A stretch of DNA of 32,000 nt from Edaphobacter aggregans (lineage in GTDB: Bacteria > Acidobacteriota > Terriglobia > Terriglobales > Acidobacteriaceae): contig NZ_RSDW01000001.1 in the NCBI RefSeq assembly GCF_003945235.1, forward strand, positions 2,490,001-2,522,000, in the 5' to 3' direction. Shown piece after piece: positions 15,717 through 24,129 of this stretch. A program made the translations under genes and the position numbers. Numbering within the stretch: position 1 is the first letter of the stretch; each line of letters starts with the position of its first letter. The notes below the pieces were generated by a model. That model did no database searches. It saw only the letters and a list, made by a program, of their open reading frames with translations, and was not told where the DNA came from.

Positions 15717-16988
15717 ATGCAGAGCAATTCCTCCCAATTGAAAGAATTCGTGAGCCGCCGTTCCTTTTTAGGTGCTGCAGCCGCAGCCATCAGCTCCGGG
15801 ACTATCATGGCCACCCCGTTCGCCGCGGCTCAAAGCAAAAGCGAGATCAGCAAAGGCGAGCAGAACCACTCCTCCAGCAATCCCGGCCCCGTCAACAGGC
15901 CGATTGCCGGACAGAACCCGTCATCCGAAGCCCCCCCCGTTACCGACAGAGGTGATGTCGGCCCCTTCTGGTACTCCTTCGACCTCTCGCATCGACGTAT
16001 TCAGGATGGCGGATGGACCCGACAGGTCACCGAGAAAGATCTGCCGATCTCACGAGATCTCGCCGGCGTCAACATGCGCCTGACCGCCGGAGGCTACCGC
16101 GAACTCCACTGGCACACCGCCAACGAGTGGGCCTTCATGATCCACGGCAACGCCCGCGTCACCGTATTGAATCCAGATGGCACCATCTTCATCGACGACG
16201 TCAGCGAAGGCGATCTCTGGTACTTTCCCGCCGGCTTCCCTCACTCCATCCAGGGCCTTGGACCCGACGGCTGCGAGTTCCTGCTCGTCTTCGATGAAGG
16301 CGGCTTCTCCGAGTACCAGACTTTCCTTATCTCCGACTGGCTCGCCCGCACCCCTCCCGAGGTGATCTCAAAAAACTTTGGGCTTCCCGAAGCCACTTTG
16401 AAGAGCCTTCCCGACGACGAACTCTATATCTTCCAGGGCCAGCTTCCTGGCTCGCTCGAAGACGACAGAAAAGCGGTCGGCGGTAAAGCTGTGGAATCAA
16501 AGATCTCTTACACCTTCCGCATGAAAGCCATGAAACCCACCTTGGAAACGGCGAGCGGCGACGTCCGCATCGTCGACTCCACCGTCTTCGGCGCCTCCCG
16601 GGCGATCGCCAGTGCCCTCGTTCGTATCAAACCCGGCGGCATGCGCGAACTGCACTGGCACCCCAACGCCTCTGAGTGGCAGTACTGGATCAGCGGCTCC
16701 GGACGCATGACCGTCTTTGCGTCCTCAGGCAAGGCGCGCACCATGAACTTCAATTCTAACGACGTGGGCTTCGTCCCGGCGGTTGCAGGCCACTACATCG
16801 AGAACATCGGAACCAGCGACCTCGTCTTCCTCGAGATGTTCCGAAGCAGCACCTACTCCGATGTGTCGCTGAACCAATGGATACGGCGCGTCCCACCACA
16901 GATGGCGAGAGAGCATCTCCGTCTAGAGACCTCAGACATCGAGAAGATTCCCAGCAAGAATAATGCAGTCATCCCAGCAACCCGATGA
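15717..16988 (+). CDS. Tat-exported bicupin of the oxalate decarboxylase (OxdC) family
   Basis: ATG 15717 has AAGGAG at 15702-07. The twin-arginine signal is SRRSFLGAAAAAISSG..AAAQS. Both cupin modules match remembered B. subtilis OxdC: RELHWHTANEWAFM / GDLWYFPAGFPHSIQ and MRELHWHPNASEWQYWISG / GFVPAVAGHYIEN. Confidence 0.85.
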   Translation: MQSNSSQLKEFVSRRSFLGAAAAAISSGTIMATPFAAAQSKSEISKGEQNHSSSNPGPVNRPIAGQNPSSEAPPVTDRGDVGPFWYSFDLSHRRIQDGGWTRQVTEKDLPISRDLAGVNMRLTAGGYRELHWHTANEWAFMIHGNARVTVLNPDGTIFIDDVSEGDLWYFPAGFPHSIQGLGPDGCEFLLVFDEGGFSEYQTFLISDWLARTPPEVISKNFGLPEATLKSLPDDELYIFQGQLPGSLEDDRKAVGGKAVESKISYTFRMKAMKPTLETASGDVRIVDSTVFGASRAIASALVRIKPGGMRELHWHPNASEWQYWISGSGRMTVFASSGKARTMNFNSNDVGFVPAVAGHYIENIGTSDLVFLEMFRSSTYSDVSLNQWIRRVPPQMAREHLRLETSDIEKIPSKNNAVIPATR

Positions 16989-17046
16989 ACCGCCACGATG
17001 CCTCTCCAACACTGACATCCAATCTGTCGTGTGGGCACCGGCGTGT

Positions 17047-17733
17047 TTAGACGGAAGCCCGTCTCCGCATCCGTAGCATCCCGCCAACAGCTCCGCCCAA
17101 GGCCGAGAGCAACAGCAGCGCTCCAGCCACCATAGCGAATCCCGCCAGCATGATCCCCGCGCGAAACTCCGGCGTATACATAAACCGGATCACCTCAGGA
17201 GGCGCCGGATTCGCAGCAGCGGCTTTTTCGATCTGCGCATGAAGCTGCTCGGTTAGCTGGCCATCGAACGCAGCCATGTTGTGCAGCCCATAGCGCGCAA
17301 CCAGCCCAGCCACGGCCATCGACACCCCAAGGCACGTTATCAGCGCCAACCCCGCGACTAGCCCGATCCGCGCCCCAACGCCTGCATCCATCAAGGCCAG
17401 CGGACGACGCCGCTGATACAGCCCCACCGTAATCAAGGAACCGCTGATAATCCAGAGCGAGCCCAGCGCGGACACCATCGGAACCCGCGTACCTGCAACA
17501 CTCAACGCAGCGGCCACGATCGCCACCAGAACAGCGCAGCGGATCGCCGTCTTCCACTCCACCAGCTGCGGTCGCGGCGGAGGCAGCGTACCAGTCGTCC
17601 CGTCGTCAGCATTCGCGGAAGTGGGCTCGTGGTCCAATAGATAGATCTGTGGCGCTCCACAGTGAGGACAAAACGGAGCAGCCCCGTCACCGGCAGGGAG
17701 CTCGCCGCCACATCGGTGACAAAACTCATGCAT
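17047..17733 (-). CDS. Membrane protein with an N-terminal zinc-ribbon (CxxC..CxxC)
   Basis: MHEFCHRCGGELPAGDGAAPFCPHCGAP has two CxxC pairs. About five hydrophobic helices follow. I do not recognise the family. Confidence 0.6.
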   Translation of the reverse strand: MHEFCHRCGGELPAGDGAAPFCPHCGAPQIYLLDHEPTSANADDGTTGTLPPPRPQLVEWKTAIRCAVLVAIVAAALSVAGTRVPMVSALGSLWIISGSLITVGLYQRRRPLALMDAGVGARIGLVAGLALITCLGVSMAVAGLVARYGLHNMAAFDGQLTEQLHAQIEKAAAANPAPPEVIRFMYTPEFRAGIMLAGFAMVAGALLLLSALGGAVGGMLRMRRRASV

Positions 17734-17817
17734 ACACTTATGAAGCTACCTGAGCCCGGGAGACGCGGCAAGCGCAGCCTACACCGCCTCGTCTCCGAAT
17801 GAAAGTTTGCAAGCGCA

Positions 17818-18426
17818 TTACTGCTTGTCGTCCTCGCCCACAGTAATGTGTCCAGGCAGGTCAAGCGCCACTAGACCAAATTTTGTACCAGTACCCTCTG
17901 GTTCCACAGCGACGATGTGCTGATGCTGCTTGGACCCTGCCTTCAGCTGCATCTTCTCGGACATATCATCGTTTCCAGTGATGTGGTGGTTATCCTTATC
18001 GTTGTCGCACGTAAGTCCCTCGGCAGTCCGCGTCGGCGATCCCACCGGTTTGTTGTTCTCACACTGAATGACGTCGCCGTATCGCGCCAGGGCTGCTCGG
18101 TAAAATGCCTCTACTTTGTCCGGCGTATCGGGAGTGCTGTAGTTCGCTGCCTTCACCCGAAGCTGAAAGCTCCCGAAGCTCAGATTCACGTCGGCGGCAC
18201 CTTTATCCCTATCGTTCTTATTGTTCTTCTTCACGAACTCCGCGCCGGGATAGATCGGCAGCCCTATACCGCTGACAGCGTCCGACTCGTTCGTCTTCAC
18301 CTGCATGCCGCCAAAAGGAGTAGCGATCTTCACATTCTCATTGCCGTCCCGCTTGTTCGAATCAATCCGGCAGCCGCTCATCACAACCACACCAAGGATC
18401 ATTCCCACAGAAACAATATGTCTCAC
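17818..18426 (-). CDS. Lipoprotein, function unknown
   Basis: I trimmed ORF 17818..18570 to GTG 18426, which has GGAGG 8 nt upstream. (M)RHIVSVGMILGVVVMSGC is a lipoprotein signal with its Cys at position 19. Confidence 0.6.
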   Translation of the reverse strand: MRHIVSVGMILGVVVMSGCRIDSNKRDGNENVKIATPFGGMQVKTNESDAVSGIGLPIYPGAEFVKKNNKNDRDKGAADVNLSFGSFQLRVKAANYSTPDTPDKVEAFYRAALARYGDVIQCENNKPVGSPTRTAEGLTCDNDKDNHHITGNDDMSEKMQLKAGSKQHQHIVAVEPEGTGTKFGLVALDLPGHITVGEDDKQ

Positions 18427-18469
18427 CTGTATTTCCTCCGGTCTTTGAAACGATACGCCACTTCCTTCT

Positions 18470-18520
18470 CCATAGTTCCCCATGCGACCCAGCGACCAGA
18501 CCGAACCATACTTCCCCATG
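18470..18520. repeat. Two 15-nt direct repeats (14/15 identical), 36 nt apart, in a divergent promoter region
   Basis: CCATAGTTCCCCATG is at 18470-18484 and CCATACTTCCCCATG is at 18506-18520. Confidence 0.6.
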
Positions 18521-18632
18521 AGTTTCGATATCAGTATCCACACCATATAGCGTTGATAAAGTTGATTCACACCCTGGCGGCTGGCCTATACTTACTAGCA
18601 AGCCGGACCGCCGGCGATCCTGGAGTTTTGGC

Positions 18633-19163
18633 ATGGCGCAGCACCAGCCGATCCGCAAATCGCCTCCCCCAACCGGGTCCGATATCCCGGACAAGCTCTA
18701 CTTCCGCATCGGCGAAGTCGCTAAGCTCTGTGACGTTCCCGCCTATGTCCTCCGCTTCTGGGAGAGCGAGTTTCCCCAGCTCAAGCCGCACAAAGGAGGA
18801 ACCGGCCAGCGCCTCTATCGCCGCCGAGACGTAGAGACGGCGCTTCACGTGAAGTCCCTTCTCTACGATCAGGGCTATACCATCCCGGGAGCTCGTCAGG
18901 TCATCAAGTCCGAGCTGAAGCAGAAGGAGCCGCAGCTCGCCCTAGGCATCGACTCAGCAGCCCAGAGCGTGAATCCGCAACAACTCCGCAAGCTCCAGAA
19001 AGAGCTCCGCGATCTACTGGCAATCCTGACCAAGCCCCCCGCCCGCGGCGCCGTTCACAGCATCCGTGCTCCGCGCCCCAGCGCGCCCCGGCCGACGCCT
19101 CCAGTTCGCGTAACGGACAAGCTCTTCGATCTGCCGCTGTCGCCACCCGATCCCAAGGACTAG
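18633..19163 (+). CDS. MerR-family transcriptional regulator
   Basis: ATG 18633 has GGAG 7 nt upstream. The HTH is YFRIGEVAKLCDVPAYVLRFWESEFPQLKP..GQRLYRRRD. The C-terminal tail is Pro/Arg-rich. Confidence 0.8.
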   Translation: MAQHQPIRKSPPPTGSDIPDKLYFRIGEVAKLCDVPAYVLRFWESEFPQLKPHKGGTGQRLYRRRDVETALHVKSLLYDQGYTIPGARQVIKSELKQKEPQLALGIDSAAQSVNPQQLRKLQKELRDLLAILTKPPARGAVHSIRAPRPSAPRPTPPVRVTDKLFDLPLSPPDPKD

Positions 19164-19182
19164 CTTGCCACGAGCAATCGCC

Positions 19183-20145
19183 CTATAGAGCAATCCATCC
19201 AGCATGGATTGCCCACAGCGATACCCCCGCCACCGCAATCCACAACCCCACCCCCTGCAACAAAGGACGTATCCCCACCTGTCTCAACGTGCTCCGCGAG
19301 ATTCCTGTCCCGATCAAAAACAGCACTACCGTCAGACCCGAGCGGCCCAGTCGACTTAGCCCGGCAAACAGCCCGGCAGTCTGCGGCAGAAACCGCGGAA
19401 CATAGCTCGCCAACACCGCTGCTACGCAGAAATACAGAATGAACCACGGCCACTGCACCTTCGCCTTGCTCTTCCTCAGCATTGCCGTCGCAACCGTCAG
19501 CGGAACAATCCACAGTGCCCGAGCCAGCTTGACCGTCGTCCCCACCGCCAACGCCGTCGCGCCATACTTCGCACCCGCTCCCACCACCGAACTCGTATCG
19601 TGAATCGCTAGCGCCGCCCACAGACCGAACTGCGTCTGAGAAAGATGGAGACGCAACCCGATAAACGGAAAGAGCAGCAGCGCCACCGAGTTCAGCACAA
19701 ACACCGTGCCCAACGACACCGCCATCTCCTCCTCGTTCGCTTCCAAGACCGGCCCCATCGCCGCAATCGCGCTGCCCCCGCAGATCGCTGTCCCCACGCT
19801 GATCAGCAGCGACTGAGTCTTACCCACCTGCAGCAGCTTGCCGAACAACACGCCCAGCGTCAGCGCGAATGCGATGCTGATCGCCGTATATACAAACCCC
19901 GACCGGCCCGCATGAACCACCTCGCGCAGATTCATTCCGAATCCCAGGCATACAACCGCCGCCTGCAGCAGAAACTTCGAAAGCTGTCGGCTCTCCGCAG
20001 GCAGGGGATGTACCAACGTCAGCCCAAACACCAACCCCAGCGCCAGCGCGAACGGAGGCCCGATCAATCCACTAGCTGAGACAATGATTCCGACAAAGAA
20101 GAGATTCCGTACCATTTCGTCTTCAAGCATGGGCGCATTCAGCAC
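19183..20145 (-). CDS. YeiH/UPF0324-family putative (sulfate) exporter
   Basis: This is a polytopic protein. LLISVGTAICGGSAIAAMGPVLEA and LAIHDTSSVVGAG align with remembered E. coli YeiH blocks. The start is ambiguous: GTG 20145, ATG 20130 or ATG 20115. Confidence 0.75.
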   Translation of the reverse strand: MLNAPMLEDEMVRNLFFVGIIVSASGLIGPPFALALGLVFGLTLVHPLPAESRQLSKFLLQAAVVCLGFGMNLREVVHAGRSGFVYTAISIAFALTLGVLFGKLLQVGKTQSLLISVGTAICGGSAIAAMGPVLEANEEEMAVSLGTVFVLNSVALLLFPFIGLRLHLSQTQFGLWAALAIHDTSSVVGAGAKYGATALAVGTTVKLARALWIVPLTVATAMLRKSKAKVQWPWFILYFCVAAVLASYVPRFLPQTAGLFAGLSRLGRSGLTVVLFLIGTGISRSTLRQVGIRPLLQGVGLWIAVAGVSLWAIHAGWIAL

Positions 20146-20172
20146 TCAAGTCGAGACGTACTTTTGAATAGC

Positions 20173-20191
20173 CGATAAGCAATTCTTATCG
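20173..20191. promoter_or_regulatory. Perfect palindrome with a T-N11-A core: candidate LysR-type operator upstream of the YeiH-family gene
   Basis: The sequence is CGATAAG-CAATT-CTTATCG. T20176 and A20188 are separated by exactly 11 nt. It lies 20 nt after the LysR stop and 28-58 nt before the candidate transporter starts. Confidence 0.55.
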
Positions 20192-20210
20192 AGCCGCTTC
20201 CTGAGAAGCC

Positions 20211-21125
20211 TCAGATGGTCGCAGCCGACCCAGTCGCAAACCGTTGAAAAGCAGCAGCAGTCCCCACGACCTCCGTCCCTGCCAACCGCACAAAGCTGAA
20301 GTCCCGCAGGATCTCCATCCCTTGTACTGGAACGATCCGCACCGTCCCCAGCCGCAACACCTTACTCACAGCCCAGCGCGAGACGAACCCCACACCCAGT
20401 TCAGCCTCTACACCTGAGATAATCGCCTCCGTCGAATCCAGTTCCATCGCCACCTTCAGCGACCGCAGCGGCAGCCCAACCTGCTTCAGCGCCCGTTCCA
20501 CTACCCTCCGAGATCCAGAGCCACGCTCCCGCAATAGCAACGGCACGTTGGCCAGATCCTCCGGCTCAATCGCACCCGTCTTCGCCCAGCCATGATTCGG
20601 GCTTACGATCAGCACCATCTCATCTCGTACCATCCGCTCTGTCTTCACATCCCGCCGCATCGCCGGTCCCTCGATGATTCCCAGAGCCACGCGCTCTTCC
20701 GCCACCGCCTCCACAATCTCCTCCGTATTGCCGCTGACCAACGACAGATGCACATGAGGATACTGCTTCAAAAACGCTCCCAGAATCCGCGGCAGCACAT
20801 ACTGCGCCACCGTAGTCGAAGCCCCCAGACGCAGCTCCCCCACGACCTCGTCGTTCAGCGCAGCCAGGGCCCTTTGTGCCTCGGCCATCGTCTCGGCCGC
20901 CTTCGTTGCATACCGCAGCAGCACGCGCCCAGCCTCAGTCAAAGCGATCTGCGTCCCATGTCCCTCCCCACCAGCGCGATCAAACAGCCGTGCCCCGCAC
21001 TCCTCTTCAAGCGCGCGAATCTGCTGGCTCACCGCAGGCTGGCTGAGATGCAGCGACTCCGCCGCCTTCCGAAAGCTCATCTCCTCCGCCACCGCCCGAA
21101 ACACCCTAAGCCGAAAGTTCTCCAA
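20211..21125 (-). CDS. LysR-family transcriptional regulator (YeiE-like by context)
   Basis: TTG start 21125 has GAGGAG 5 nt upstream. The N-terminal wHTH is FRLRVFRAVAEEMSFRKAAESLHLSQPAVSQQIRALEEE. A LysR substrate-binding domain follows. Confidence 0.88.
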   Translation of the reverse strand: MENFRLRVFRAVAEEMSFRKAAESLHLSQPAVSQQIRALEEECGARLFDRAGGEGHGTQIALTEAGRVLLRYATKAAETMAEAQRALAALNDEVVGELRLGASTTVAQYVLPRILGAFLKQYPHVHLSLVSGNTEEIVEAVAEERVALGIIEGPAMRRDVKTERMVRDEMVLIVSPNHGWAKTGAIEPEDLANVPLLLRERGSGSRRVVERALKQVGLPLRSLKVAMELDSTEAIISGVEAELGVGFVSRWAVSKVLRLGTVRIVPVQGMEILRDFSFVRLAGTEVVGTAAAFQRFATGSAATI

Positions 21126-21202
21126 TAGCTCTCCTCAGCAAGGAACCATCCCAGCCATCCCATCAGCATAAGCCCAACCGATAAAATCAAATCAGCCACC
21201 CT

Positions 21203-22846
21203 GTGACTGCAAACGACGAGCCCAATCCGATTCTTGAACCTTTGGAAGCCCCCGCCGCTCCCGAACCGGTCAAACCACGTCGCAACCTGCTGGGCTTTCT
21301 TCACCCATCGCACCGCCACACGGCCGCGTCTGCAACCATTCTCCTTACCCTGTCTGCGCTTCTCTCTCGCGTTATCGGCCTCATCCGCGATCAATTCATC
21401 GCCTACAAGTTTGGCGCTGGCCACAGCACCGACGCCTACAACGTAGCGTTCTACCTCCCCGAGTTGATCAACTATCTCCTCGTCGGCGGTGCAGCCTCCA
21501 TCACCTTCGTCACGATTCTCGAGCGCTACCGCGCCAACAACGACGAGCGCGAAGGCGAGCGCGCACTCTCCATCATCCTCAATACCATGGTGCTTGTCCT
21601 CGGCACCGCTATCATCCTTGGGGAGATCTTCACCCGCTACTACATTCGTCTCTACTTCGATCCCAACTCACCCGAAGGCATCCTCTCCACACATATCACC
21701 CGCATCCTCCTGCCCGGTCAGCTCTTCTTCTTCTCCGGCGGAGTCCTCACCGCGGTCCTCCTCGTCCGCAAGCAGTTCACCTTTCAGGCGCTCACGCCAC
21801 TCATCTACAACGTCTGCATTATCGCTGGTGGAGCACTCCTCGCAAACCGCATGGGCATCGCCTCTCTCGGCGTCGGAGCCCTTGCGGGGGCTTACCTCGG
21901 AGCCTTCCTTCTCAACGCCTACGGTGCCTATCGCGCCGGCATGCGCTACCAGCCGATCCTTGACCTCAAGCACCCCGGCCTGCGTGAGTGGGTTCGCCTG
22001 TCACTCCCCCTTATGCTGGGCGTAACCGTCATCACCCTCGACAGCCAGATCCTTGGCTACTTCGCCAAACATGGCGCAGGAGACATCTCCCGCCTTACCT
22101 ACGCCAAGCGTCTCTTCACCGCCCCCATGGCCATCATTGGACAGGCCGCCGGTGCCGCCTCGCTGCCTTTCTTCGCCGCGCTCTACGGCCGCAACCAGTT
22201 CGACGCCTTCCGCTCAGCTGTCAACCGCTCCGTCTCCCGACTTGTAGCCTTCTCATTCCTGGGCTCAGCCGTGATGATCGCCCTCGCCCGGCCTGCGGTC
22301 GACATCGTCTTCCGTCGTGGCAACTTTCGTGCCGAAGATGCAACCGCGACCGCCGCCTACTTCGCAATCTTCGCAATCTCGCTCGCCCTCTGGACCGCAC
22401 AGGCCATATACGCCCGAGCCTTCTACGCAGCCGGCGAAACCTTCATCCCCATGCTCGCCGGGACCATCATCACCTTCATCACGATCCCGATCTACTGGAC
22501 GCTCCATCAGCACTTCAACGTCATCGGTCTGGCCTGGGCCTCCGACTTGGCCATCATCCTTCACACCGTCACCCTGGCCACCCTGCTCCACCGCAGACGT
22601 CTCGTTCCCCTCTTCGGCCCATCAGGCGGTCTCGATCGCCCCGAAATCTACCGCGCCGCCGCCGCAGGCCTAATCAGCTTTGCCGGAACAACCCTTCTAC
22701 TTCATCTGTTCCCGCAGAGACAGACGTACCTCGGCGACATCATCTCCCTCACGATGGGAGGCATAGTCTGGTCTACCCTCGCCATCGCCACCCTCCACCT
22801 CACCGGCTCAAAGCTCCTAGATCAGATACGTTCTCGAATCAGTTGA
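21203..22846 (+). CDS. murJ: Lipid II flippase MurJ (MviN)
   Basis: SALLSRVIGLIRDQFIAYKFGAGHSTDAYNVAFYLPELI matches the MurJ N-terminal signature. The protein has about 14 TM segments. Confidence 0.88.
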   Translation: MTANDEPNPILEPLEAPAAPEPVKPRRNLLGFLHPSHRHTAASATILLTLSALLSRVIGLIRDQFIAYKFGAGHSTDAYNVAFYLPELINYLLVGGAASITFVTILERYRANNDEREGERALSIILNTMVLVLGTAIILGEIFTRYYIRLYFDPNSPEGILSTHITRILLPGQLFFFSGGVLTAVLLVRKQFTFQALTPLIYNVCIIAGGALLANRMGIASLGVGALAGAYLGAFLLNAYGAYRAGMRYQPILDLKHPGLREWVRLSLPLMLGVTVITLDSQILGYFAKHGAGDISRLTYAKRLFTAPMAIIGQAAGAASLPFFAALYGRNQFDAFRSAVNRSVSRLVAFSFLGSAVMIALARPAVDIVFRRGNFRAEDATATAAYFAIFAISLALWTAQAIYARAFYAAGETFIPMLAGTIITFITIPIYWTLHQHFNVIGLAWASDLAIILHTVTLATLLHRRRLVPLFGPSGGLDRPEIYRAAAAGLISFAGTTLLLHLFPQRQTYLGDIISLTMGGIVWSTLAIATLHLTGSKLLDQIRSRIS

Positions 22847-23784
22847 GTTTGGGCTGTTGACCTTGCCACAGACCTCCTCCACCACGGCAGCAGGTCACTA
22901 CCCACCAGATGAAGCGCGACCCAAAGCGTGAACCATTCCGGAGCCAGCCATACCGACGCCCACCGAAGCCATCCGGTATGTGCCACAGCGTATCCCGCAC
23001 ACAGAAAAACTACATTAACGACAGCAATCACCCATGGCTGGGTAAGCCGGCTCCGACCACTCGCAAAAAAGTAGCTACTCAGATAATGGAAGAAGCTGGC
23101 CGCAGCAATGTGAAAGACATAGATTCCGACTCGAAAGGCTGGCGACATATATTGCCCGTACGCTGTCCACACCAGCGTCTCTCCCAGCAAAAACAATGTC
23201 AGAACCGGAAGGCGTACCTGACCTTCCGCCAACACGCGCCAGTCGCCGGCAACCAGTAGCGCGACTGCAAGCAACACTGAGCCGCCCACTGCAACAGCCA
23301 GTTTTCCCATCGGACCGGCCTGAAACAGAACAAGCGTGAACCACGCAAAAGCAATTACCGGCGAATAAAACCTGCTTCGCTCTCGCGCTCCTGCAAAGAG
23401 TATCTCCGCCTTGATGAAGTGCGCGATGTTGTACACCCACACTACCAAGCTAAAGACCGCGACACCCCACCATTTGCGTAAGACGGCCAGCAAAATCAAC
23501 GCCGCAGCCACAGTGCCCCAGTAGAGAGCCCTCCGAAGTGGAGTCAACCTGCCGCTCGCCTTCCATTGTCCCTGCCACGCATAGAGGAAATGCGCCCAGC
23601 CTAGAAAAACCACCAAGGCATAGAGATTCAGCACCTCAAACGCGAGCTGTCCGTTCCACATTCCTGCGGGGGGGCTTGTCACCAAAGGCCACGGATTCGC
23701 ATACCCAACGCCAAGCAACAAGAACGTAAGTCCCAGCGCAAGATAAGGCCGGCTATTAGCTGTTGCCGTTTCTGTCGATTGCAT
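22822..23784 (-). CDS. Polytopic membrane protein with six membrane-associated His residues, function unknown
   Basis: I prefer ATG 23784 over the TTG at 23787. The protein has about 9 hydrophobic helices. Notable motifs are WAHF (aa 64-67), IAHF (121-124), FHIAAASFFHY (225-235) and ALHL (291-294). The 3' end overlaps the murJ 3' end by 25 nt. Confidence 0.6.
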   Translation of the reverse strand: MQSTETATANSRPYLALGLTFLLLGVGYANPWPLVTSPPAGMWNGQLAFEVLNLYALVVFLGWAHFLYAWQGQWKASGRLTPLRRALYWGTVAAALILLAVLRKWWGVAVFSLVVWVYNIAHFIKAEILFAGARERSRFYSPVIAFAWFTLVLFQAGPMGKLAVAVGGSVLLAVALLVAGDWRVLAEGQVRLPVLTLFLLGETLVWTAYGQYMSPAFRVGIYVFHIAAASFFHYLSSYFFASGRSRLTQPWVIAVVNVVFLCAGYAVAHTGWLRWASVWLAPEWFTLWVALHLVGSDLLPWWRRSVARSTAQTQLIRERI

Positions 23785-23834
23785 CAAGTCTCGCCGCTCT
23801 TCGTTTGCGCCTCAAATGTAAATAAAACGGAGAT

Positions 23835-24050
23835 TTACTTCGCATCCTCATACTCTTCGTTCCAGGCCGTCTGGATCGCCTCCAGAATCCCCTCATTCGA
23901 CTTAGCCGGATCGCCCACGAATCCCGGCAGCCCCGTTACATACTTATGCAGGTCCGTAAACCGCACGGAGTAAGGCTCGATCTCCGGGTACTTCTCCTGC
24001 AGCAGGATCCCAATCTCTTCCGAATCGCTCCAATCGATCTCACGCGGCAT
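23835..24050 (-). CDS. iscX: Fe-S cluster assembly protein IscX (YfhJ)
   Basis: ATG 24050 has GAGGAG 5 nt upstream. WSDSEEIGILLQEKYPEIEPYSVRFTDLHKYV...SNEGILEAIQTAW parallels remembered E. coli IscX ([42 protein letters not shown]). Confidence 0.8.
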   Translation of the reverse strand: MPREIDWSDSEEIGILLQEKYPEIEPYSVRFTDLHKYVTGLPGFVGDPAKSNEGILEAIQTAWNEEYEDAK

Positions 24051-24129
24051 ACATTCTCCTCACTAAACTAATCTCAACGGCAGCGGCCATCGCTCTCAAA
24101 AAAGAGTACAGGAACTCGCCGCAATTGTT

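Noticed and set aside
15491-15814. A 108-codon N-terminal extension of the pyrR ORF.
   Set aside because: PyrR proteins are about 180-190 aa and homology starts near MSETTETG. The extension would overlap the start of the divergent OxdC-like gene and consume its SD (15702-07).
21988-22860. A 290-aa Arg/Pro-rich ORF in an alternative plus frame inside murJ, and a similar 178-aa ORF at 21489..22025.
   Set aside because: These are out-of-frame readings of a confidently identified polytopic membrane gene. Their extreme Arg/Pro/Ser composition is characteristic of off-frame GC-rich translation.
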